DNA from: Candidatus Undinarchaeota archaeon
GTDB lineage: Archaea; SpSt-1190
DNA length: 13,467 nt
Direction of reading: 5' to 3'
NCBI GenBank assembly: GCA_964449215.1
Contig: CAYVAH010000023.1
Location: forward strand, 1-13,467
Shown: positions 1 to 6,251 of the stretch, one piece after another
Position numbering within the stretch: position 1 is the first letter of the stretch
Layout: each line of letters starts with the position of its first letter
Made by a program: the position numbers and the translations under genes
Notes under the pieces: model-generated
Seen by the model: the letters and a program-made list of their open reading frames with translations, nothing else
What the model was told of the DNA's origin: nothing
Database searches by the model: none

Positions 1-1800
1 ACCGTCTCCCCCATCCCCTCCCTCTGCCTGAAGAGTCCCCGAGAGACTGATGTTCCTGGCCACCAAGTGTATGTTCCCCCCGCCTCCACCCCCGCCTCCG
101 TTACCACATTCAGTTAGTTTGCATGATCCATCAGTACCGTCCTCTCCATTGGCATAGATGTTCCCTGACACGTTGATCAATTCAAGCGCGTTGAAGGTTA
201 TTTTCCCACCGCCGTCGCCGCCGTTGCCACTGAAGAGCGCTGTTGATTTGCCGCCGCCACCGCTGTAATTGCCACCACAAAAAGTAACAGAAGCACCACC
301 ACCCGCATAATAACCACCTCTTGTTCCACCGCCATTGCCGCCAGCTATACCCAGACCATTACCACCACAACCCCCAACAGTGGCTCCGTTGGGATATTGG
401 TCCACCGTCAGCGTCACGCCGGAATTCACCGTAAGGGACTTGAAATAATATGTGACGTTGTCGTTGAGGGTCTGCGAGGCATTCACCACGCAGTCACAGG
501 AGGTGTATGAGCAAATGAACCCGGTGCAGGGATTCCCCTGTGTCGGGCATGTCCCCGAGGAGCCCGCGCCACACCACAGGTTGGCGGCGTCTATCCAGCG
601 GAGCTTCGTGTATTTTTCCTGTCCTGCCGCCAGGGGACCGGCATTTATCTCCAGACGGACAGGGGTGTTGTTCTGGTAGGGTGTGGAGTTCAGGACCAGC
701 CTGTAGGTGAGTCCGGGACTCCAGTCAAGGCGAAGCCACTGGTGCGTCCAGGCATCATATATCTTGTAAAATGGCTCGTCAAGACTGGTGAAATTCAGGC
801 TCAGGGACTCGTTGAGCCAGTAGGTGGTGCCATTCACCAGAATGGTGTCATTCTCCTCGTGCATTCCTATCCGGATATTGTTGACGTGCCAGGCAAATCC
901 CAGGTCATTCGGTATGTCTTCACTTCCGAGGTTCCTGACATATGGCATCACCGTGAGGTTGACATCATCAACCTTCAGGTGATATCTAAGCCCCAGGCGG
1001 ACTGGCCTGCCCTTCACAACCACATCCCTGTAGCCAGTGATATTCACATAGGTGAGGTTGTCGGTGTCGTGGCTCCAGCTGAAGGGCAGTTCGTCGTTGC
1101 ACTCATAGTGCCAGTCCCTCAGGTAGCCGGTGACGTTGAAGTTGTCCATACCGCAGCCTTCGTCGGTCTCGTTGGCATTGGAGTAGATGAGGACGCAGGT
1201 GTAATTGGAAATATAGGGAGTGACGTCAATCACCTTCCAGTGGTATTGCGCGTCGGTGCCGTTGCTGGAGTTGAATATGTTCGTCCAGTTCCCACCAAAA
1301 GGGCGGACATCCATAGCACAATATTCCCCCAGGTCCAGCCCGAAGCGCCTGCCGTAGAAGGAAACCCACACCCGGTCATAACCGGAGATGTCTCCGCAAA
1401 CCATGAGCTCGTTGTTGCCGGCGCTGTCAGTAATGCGCAGGGAAGTGCCATCGTAGGCATAGGTGCCATCAATCCCCCGAATCATCCCGGAGCCGGGATA
1501 GCAGGAGTCCCAGCCACTGCTGTAGCTGCAATCCTCCGTGGTGGACCACGACTCGAAGTCGTCCTGGAACACCGATTCATTGGCACCAGAGCTCCTCCAC
1601 CCCGCACAGAACACATTGTGCGTCCAGTACTGGTTGTAGTGGTTGGTGAACTGAATGCCCGAGGAGGCGTTGAAATAATACTCGTAGTGGCGGTTCCAGA
1701 TTTTCCACACCTTCCCGCCATCAAGAGACTCGAAGCCAATGGGTGATGCAAAAGCCAACGAAAAGGTGAAAAGGAGCAGCAGGCCCATCAGCCGTGCCAC
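1..1800 (-). CDS. Large secreted/surface glycoprotein with a Gly-rich C-terminal region (3' end beyond the window edge)
   Basis: Manual translation of the minus strand from GTG at 1800 (alternative ATG at 1788) is open to base 1, giving 600 codons: MARLMGLLLLFTFSLAFA-SPIGFESLDGGKVWKIWN...GNGGGGGGGGNIHLVARNISLSGTLQAEGGDGGDG. It has a Sec-type signal peptide ending in AFA, about 22 N-X-S/T sequons, many Cys, and GG-rich repeats from about 390 to 1. It is absent from the ORF track because no stop lies in the window. Confidence 0.9.
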   Translation of the reverse strand, partial: MARLMGLLLLFTFSLAFASPIGFESLDGGKVWKIWNRHYEYYFNASSGIQFTNHYNQYWTHNVFCAGWRSSGANESVFQDDFESWSTTEDCSYSSGWDSCYPGSGMIRGIDGTYAYDGTSLRITDSAGNNELMVCGDISGYDRVWVSFYGRRFGLDLGEYCAMDVRPFGGNWTNIFNSSNGTDAQYHWKVIDVTPYISNYTCVLIYSNANETDEGCGMDNFNVTGYLRDWHYECNDELPFSWSHDTDNLTYVNITGYRDVVVKGRPVRLGLRYHLKVDDVNLTVMPYVRNLGSEDIPNDLGFAWHVNNIRIGMHEENDTILVNGTTYWLNESLSLNFTSLDEPFYKIYDAWTHQWLRLDWSPGLTYRLVLNSTPYQNNTPVRLEINAGPLAAGQEKYTKLRWIDAANLWCGAGSSGTCPTQGNPCTGFICSYTSCDCVVNASQTLNDNVTYYFKSLTVNSGVTLTVDQYPNGATVGGCGGNGLGIAGGNGGGTRGGYYAGGGASVTFCGGNYSGGGGKSTALFSGNGGDGGGKITFNALELINVSGNIYANGEDGTDGSCKLTECGNGGGGGGGGNIHLVARNISLSGTLQAEGGDGGDG

Positions 1801-1802
1801 AA
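1779..1802 (-). repeat. Left copy of a perfect 24-bp inverted repeat (partner at 5475-5498)
   Basis: 1779-1802 GCAGGCCCATCAGCCGTGCCACAA is the exact reverse complement of 5475-5498 TTGTGGCACGGCTGATGGGCCTGC. Confidence 0.95.
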
Positions 1803-1820
1803 ATAAACAAAACTGGAAGT

Positions 1821-1828
1821 TATTTATA
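1821..1828. promoter_or_regulatory. Putative bidirectional archaeal TATA box
   Basis: TATTTATA on + (TATAAATA on -) lies in the 45-bp gap between the divergent starts at 1800 and 1846/1849, about 20 nt from each. This fits leaderless transcripts. Confidence 0.55.
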
Positions 1829-1845
1829 CTTTAGTCAGTCTTTCT

Positions 1846-2346
1846 GTGGTGGGGAAACTCAGCAGCGTTTTCAGGGACCAGATGTTCGTCGCCCTGCTCT
1901 TGTTTCTGCTGTTTTCCTTTCTCGGTGCCGTGTTCTCTGGAAGCCTGAAGCTGAACGCCATAAACTTTGGAGAAGCAACCATACACGTGCCCTTGCCATC
2001 GCTTGATTACACGGTGAGCGGTGGCTGGGGGGAGTGGATAGGTATCCTCGCATCCTCGGCGACCCTGGCGGCTTTTCTCAGCACCTATCTTGGAAAGAGG
2101 CTGTTCATCACATACAAGGTTATCAATTACCCGGCGGACCACCTCAAGGTGCTCAGATCACTGAAAGGGCACCCGAAAACCCCCACAGAAGTTGCGGCGG
2201 AGTTTGATATCCCACCTTCTGTGGCGCAGAGAATAATGGAAGACCTTGCAAGGTCGGGTATGCTGGAAAAGATAGGGAGTGGTGAGAGGATGCTCTATTA
2301 CTTTCCATTCGACAAGGAACTCGCCAAAAGAAGACTAACTTCCTGA
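1846..2346 (+). CDS. Membrane protein with two TM segments and a C-terminal winged helix-turn-helix
   Basis: Hydrophobic segments MFVALLLFLLFSFLGAVF and WIGILASSATLAAFLSTYL are followed by KVLRSLKGHPKTPTEVAAEFDIPPSVAQRIMEDLARSGMLEK...RMLYYF, a TrmB/ArsR-like wHTH pattern. The start codon (1846, 1849 or 1882) is uncertain. Confidence 0.75.
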   Translation: MVGKLSSVFRDQMFVALLLFLLFSFLGAVFSGSLKLNAINFGEATIHVPLPSLDYTVSGGWGEWIGILASSATLAAFLSTYLGKRLFITYKVINYPADHLKVLRSLKGHPKTPTEVAAEFDIPPSVAQRIMEDLARSGMLEKIGSGERMLYYFPFDKELAKRRLTS

Positions 2347-3723
2347 CCCGAAACCATAGACCACTTCTCCGGACCGGGCGGAGCGACCCCTGCCATCGAC
2401 CTTCAGGTATGTCCTCTTACCGTGGTCATCGACCCCTGCCAGCAACCAGCCACGGGTAGGCATTCTGGAACAGCCTTCCCGGAACAGGCAGTATTCTTCA
2501 AAACTCAGTGGCACACCTTCCTCCAGCTCTTCACCGAATCCCCAGCTGCTCACGACACGCCCTGTTCTTTCAGTCACTTCAAACGGAACCGCCAGGGCAC
2601 CCCCACCACTGCCGTAACCAATCACAAGAATCCTGTCACCTGGAGAGTAGCGCCCCCGCTCAAAACCCTTTTCCAGGGAGCTCACGAGAGCCACAAAAAC
2701 GGAAGCTGTGTAGGAATTCCCGACCCGGGAAGGGTAATCCAGGGAATCAGCGAGCCTCTCACGGTCTTGCTCGCATATTCGCCCATGCCTCGCTGCAAAC
2801 TCCTTCAGCCTGCCCTTTACCTTGCCATAGACTTCCCCGGCATCATCCTCAAACGACCTCACGGAGCGGACCAGCCGCTCCATCTCCATGCTTTCCCCGG
2901 AGTCCATCGCACGAAGATAGACCAGCGCATACTCCGCCATTTTCGGGTAGGGCACATGCAACACCACCCCCTTAAAGCTGTCCAGACTGACCGCCTCGAA
3001 GGGCTGCATACGCGATTTCAGGTCCTTGTAGGCCTCGCCAACATTTTTCAGGTATGAAAGAAAGGAGAACTTCCCATCAACCACGGGGTATTTTGAGGAC
3101 ACGAACTTATCCTTCACAGTCACCACCGGCTTGGAAAAGTCATATGTGTGGGAGCTTGAATAACCGAAAAGGTCATTTTCAACAACGAACTCCGGAACCC
3201 TCAGCAGGTCACCTTCTCCCACGGCTATGGCCGCGGCACCCGCACCAGCGGTGCCCTCCGCGGATGGGGAATCATACTCGGCGATATCCGCCGCGACCAC
3301 AACAGCCCGTTTCCCCAGATAGTCCACGACCCTCGACAGGGCACCGAGACAGGCAAACTTCTCCTCCGAGACCTTGACATTATATGTCCGCTCATCCTCC
3401 TTGATGCGGTCACCACCGGAAAAAAGCAGGGAGAGTAGCGGCGACACGTCAGGCTTGGAGTCGTCCCCATCCCGGGTTTCGTGTCCCATTGAAAGATGCC
3501 TCACCTCCCGCATGTATTCGGGTCCAAGGGCGTCCCGGAGCTTTTCTCCAGCTTCCAGAGCCAGGCAGCTCTTGTCCTGGAACCCGCTGTTTGGCACCCT
3601 TCTGCTGAGGACCCCAAGACCTTTTTCCAGAAGTTCCGGGGGCAGGCCAGCACCTTTTGCAAACTCTCCGGAAGTTATATAAGTATCAGGAACGGAAAGT
3701 CTAATATCATCGACGCCTGCCAT
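2335..3723 (-). CDS. mvaS: Hydroxymethylglutaryl-CoA synthase (MvaS-like long form)
   Basis: Motifs: GHET..D.SK (catalytic Glu), EEKFACLGA (catalytic Cys), DIAEY....EGTAGAGA, YDFSKP, YPVVDGKFS...YL, LHVPYPKM (catalytic His), VGNSYTAS and GYGSG. Confidence 0.88.
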   Translation of the reverse strand: MAGVDDIRLSVPDTYITSGEFAKGAGLPPELLEKGLGVLSRRVPNSGFQDKSCLALEAGEKLRDALGPEYMREVRHLSMGHETRDGDDSKPDVSPLLSLLFSGGDRIKEDERTYNVKVSEEKFACLGALSRVVDYLGKRAVVVAADIAEYDSPSAEGTAGAGAAAIAVGEGDLLRVPEFVVENDLFGYSSSHTYDFSKPVVTVKDKFVSSKYPVVDGKFSFLSYLKNVGEAYKDLKSRMQPFEAVSLDSFKGVVLHVPYPKMAEYALVYLRAMDSGESMEMERLVRSVRSFEDDAGEVYGKVKGRLKEFAARHGRICEQDRERLADSLDYPSRVGNSYTASVFVALVSSLEKGFERGRYSPGDRILVIGYGSGGGALAVPFEVTERTGRVVSSWGFGEELEEGVPLSFEEYCLFREGCSRMPTRGWLLAGVDDHGKRTYLKVDGRGRSARSGEVVYGFGSGS

Positions 3724-3744
3724 TCTATGAAGTCTTGCCGGGGG

Positions 3745-3785
3745 TATATATAGTATTCGATTTTTGACTATTTATATAACGTCAA
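3745..3785. promoter_or_regulatory. Divergent TATA boxes for mvaS (3745-3752) and xth (3771-3778), the latter flanked by TTGAC/GTCAA
   Basis: TATATATA lies about 22 nt upstream of the mvaS ATG. TTTATATA sits inside TTGAC-N12-GTCAA (3764-3785). Confidence 0.5.
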
Positions 3786-3853
3786 TTGTCTAAAGTATTC
3801 ACTTCCAGGGGACAATGGCAGAAAGAATATTAATGGCCCTGACAGGAGCTTGG

Positions 3854-4591
3854 GTGAAGATTCTTTCCTGGAACGTCAACGGCTTCCGGGCCTGCGTGAA
3901 AAAGGGCTTTTATGAGTTCCTGCGCAAAGAAAACCCCGATGTGCTCTGCATACAGGAAACGAAACAGCAAGAAGTTCCCACACTCCCGGCGGAGTTCAAC
4001 TACCGTGTGGTGTGGAACCCCGCAAAGCGCCCCGGTTACGCTGGAACAGCAGTCTTCACCAGGCTCACGCCAAAAAACGTAAAAAGGGGGATGGGCATTG
4101 AGAAATTCGACTCAGAGGGGCGGGTTATAACACTCGACCTCGGGAACTTTACGCTCGTAAACGCTTATTTTCCGCATTCACGACGGGGACTGGAACGGCT
4201 GGATTTCAAGCTGGAGTTCAACCGCGCCTTCGCCCGGTATGTGAAGCCAATGGGGAGGGTGGTAATCTGCGGGGACTTTAACGTTGCCCACAGGGAGATA
4301 GACATAGCGCGACCGAAGGACAATGAAAAGAACGCCGGCTTCACCCCCGAAGAAAGAAAATGGATGGACAGCTTCCTGGCGAAAGGATACGTGGACACAT
4401 TCAGGCATCTCCACCCCGATGAAGTGAAATACACCTGGTGGAGCTACCGGTTCAACGCCCGGGCGAGGAATATCGGGTGGAGGGTCGATTATGTGGTGGT
4501 CTCCAGCAACTTGATAAAGCACGTAAAGGAGGCGTTTGTGATGGACGAAGTAATGGGCTCAGACCACGCACCGGTGGGGGTGACACTCTGA
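3854..4591 (+). CDS. xth: Exodeoxyribonuclease III / AP endonuclease
   Basis: Motifs: KILSWNVNG, PDVLCIQETK, GYAGTA, D.EGR, N.YFP, CGDFNVAH, YTWWSYR..AR..N.GWR.DY and SDHAPV. GTG at 3854 is preferred over 3815 because the family starts at MKI.SWN and GGAG lies at 3845-3848. Confidence 0.95.
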   Translation: MKILSWNVNGFRACVKKGFYEFLRKENPDVLCIQETKQQEVPTLPAEFNYRVVWNPAKRPGYAGTAVFTRLTPKNVKRGMGIEKFDSEGRVITLDLGNFTLVNAYFPHSRRGLERLDFKLEFNRAFARYVKPMGRVVICGDFNVAHREIDIARPKDNEKNAGFTPEERKWMDSFLAKGYVDTFRHLHPDEVKYTWWSYRFNARARNIGWRVDYVVVSSNLIKHVKEAFVMDEVMGSDHAPVGVTL

Positions 4592-4971
4592 AACTCCTGT
4601 ACCTGCTATCACTCCTGCTGGTCTTCGCAGCCCTCCTGGCTGTGAGGGAACCGGAAAAGCTGGAGCTGAGGCTGATTACCGTTCTGGCGGATAAACAGGT
4701 ATATCACTCCGCAGAAACCATGAACCTGACCCTTGTCGCGTGGGCAAATCAGGACACCAACGCAACGGTGAGAATCAGCGGCGTTCCCAGGATGACCACC
4801 ACGCGTGAAGTGAACCTGACCAAAGGCACCAACCAGTTCTATGTGGCACAGAGGCTCCCCCGCTGTAACGTGTGCGGCGGAATCCGGCCTGGAAACTATT
4901 CGGTGCTCTGTCAGCTCTGGCACGGCAGCACCGAGCTGAATAAAACCATCGTTGTGGAAATCCGGCAGTGA
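4588..4971 (+). CDS. Small exported/membrane-anchored Ig-like glycoprotein with CxxC
   Basis: Signal or anchor segment KLLYLLSLLLVFAALLAV, an ADKQVY..AET beta-sandwich start motif, five sequons (NLT, NAT, NLT, NYS, NKT) and CNVC. The probable start is CTG at 4588, overlapping the xth stop (CTGA), downstream of GGGGGTGA (4576-4583). Confidence 0.7.
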   Translation: MKLLYLLSLLLVFAALLAVREPEKLELRLITVLADKQVYHSAETMNLTLVAWANQDTNATVRISGVPRMTTTREVNLTKGTNQFYVAQRLPRCNVCGGIRPGNYSVLCQLWHGSTELNKTIVVEIRQ

Positions 4972-5008
4972 AAGGCAAACAATATATAGACTCAAAACCA
5001 AGGTGAGC

Positions 5009-5560
5009 ATGGTAATTGGAATAGTTCTCGGTGCCATCGCGGTGGTCTTCCTGCTCTATTTTGTGCTGGCATACAACGGGTTCGTTGTGATGAAGAACAG
5101 CATGGACCGGGCCGCCTCAAACATAGACGTGATGCTCAAGCAAAGGCACGATGAAATAGGGAAGCTCGTCGATACCGTGAAGGGATATATGAAGCACGAG
5201 AAGGGGTTGCTGGAAAACATAACCAGGCTCCGCTCCCAGTTCGCCAAAGCCAAGGATACAGGTGAACGGCTGAGGATTGACGCGGAGATGAACAGGCATG
5301 TGCTCAACCTCTTCGCCGTGGCGGAGAATTACCCGAAGCTCCGGGCAAGTGAGAACTTCATGCACCTGCAGGGGCGGATAACTGCCCTGGAGAATGAGAT
5401 AGCGGACCGCCGGGAGGAGTACAACAGCACGGTATTTGAATACAACAACAAGGTTCAGCGGATACCCTCAGCAATTGTGGCACGGCTGATGGGCCTGCAG
5501 ACAAGAGAGATGTTCAAGGCTTCCGAAGGCGACAGAAAAGATGTTAAAGTTTCTTTCTAG
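5009..5560 (+). CDS. lemA: LemA family membrane protein
   Basis: N-terminal TM segment, then YNGFV...A.SNIDV.LKQRHD.I..LV..VKGYMKHEK, AVAENYPKLRASENF..LQ..I..LENEIA.RRE.YN..V..YN. ATG at 5009 with AGGTGA at 5001-5006 and AATATATA at 4981-4988. Confidence 0.95.
   Translation: MVIGIVLGAIAVVFLLYFVLAYNGFVVMKNSMDRAASNIDVMLKQRHDEIGKLVDTVKGYMKHEKGLLENITRLRSQFAKAKDTGERLRIDAEMNRHVLNLFAVAENYPKLRASENFMHLQGRITALENEIADRREEYNSTVFEYNNKVQRIPSAIVARLMGLQTREMFKASEGDRKDVKVSF
5475..5498 (+). repeat. Right copy of the perfect 24-bp inverted repeat, inside the 3' end of lemA
   Basis: TTGTGGCACGGCTGATGGGCCTGC encodes V-A-R-L-M-G-L in lemA, the same frame and peptide as the start of the surface protein. Confidence 0.95.
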
Positions 5561-5564
5561 GCGC

Positions 5565-6251
5565 ATGGGGGCGAAATCGGCGCTGGGAATTCAGCTCGCC
5601 ATTATACTGGGGGCCGTGCAGCTGTACCCCCGATATCCTTTTGTCCTGATCGGGGGGGCACTCGCTTCCGCAGTGCTCATGTTCGTCAGCTACAGTGTCA
5701 AAAGCTTCATTGAAGCCATCCCCACTTCAAAAGTCAGATCAGTGGCCATGGGAATGGCAGAGCTGAGGGGGAAGGCTCTGGAAGCGAGAGGCACTGTGAG
5801 TGCGCCCTTCAGCAGGGTGGAGTGCCTTGCCTATGAGGCCAAGGAAGAACGGCTGCAGAAGGTCGGGAAAAACTATGCGTGGGTGACCAGCTTCCATCGC
5901 AGGAAAGATGGTTACTTTTATCTGGACGACGGCACGGGAAAGCTTCTCTGCCACACAAAAGGCGCCCAGCTCGCCGTATCCCCCTTTGTCAGGCAGCTGG
6001 GAAACGTGAGGCGCTCCGAATGGAGAATCCTGCCGGGAAAGACTTACTACGTGATTGGAAAGGTCGCGGACAACCCCTTCGTGAAGGAGGCTTCATCGCA
6101 GGAGGGCTGGAAGGACCTGATGATGACTGAAGGCGATATTTACATCATATCGGACAAAAAGGAAAAAAACCTGAGATGGTGGTATGGTGCCGCTTTTCTT
6201 TTCTCCGCCGTTTCCACCGCGGTATTCACAGCACTCGCCTTCTTAATTTGA
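5565..6251 (+). CDS. GIDE-domain membrane protein (no RING domain)
   Basis: Two N-terminal TM segments, then I..IPTSKVRS.AMG..EL.G, APFS..EC..Y, FYLDDGTG, R..EWRI.PG...YVIG and IISD..EK, followed by a C-terminal TM segment. ATG at 5565 is 4 nt after the lemA stop and is preferred over 5541. Confidence 0.75.
   Translation: MGAKSALGIQLAIILGAVQLYPRYPFVLIGGALASAVLMFVSYSVKSFIEAIPTSKVRSVAMGMAELRGKALEARGTVSAPFSRVECLAYEAKEERLQKVGKNYAWVTSFHRRKDGYFYLDDGTGKLLCHTKGAQLAVSPFVRQLGNVRRSEWRILPGKTYYVIGKVADNPFVKEASSQEGWKDLMMTEGDIYIISDKKEKNLRWWYGAAFLFSAVSTAVFTALAFLI

Noticed and set aside
1..345. CCG/CCA-rich tandem-like tracts as a DNA repeat or contingency locus
   Set aside because: Explained by poly-Gly codons with mixed third positions. 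There is no long perfect microsatellite.
742..1746. 334-aa plus-strand ORF
   Set aside because: Antisense shadow of the real minus-strand surface protein. The Val/Ile/Gly-rich composition is what the complement of Asn/Asp/Tyr/Thr codons gives, and there are no family motifs.
2422..3753. Plus-strand ORFs inside mvaS
   Set aside because: Antisense to a gene with clear conserved motifs, and no recognisable features.
3815..3853. N-terminal extension of xth from ATG 3815
   Set aside because: The family begins at MKI.SWN, and GTG 3854 has a GGAG RBS. The extension is not excluded but is unsupported.
4438..4587. ORF-track start of the Ig-like protein
   Set aside because: It would overlap 150 bp of conserved xth sequence and bury the signal peptide.
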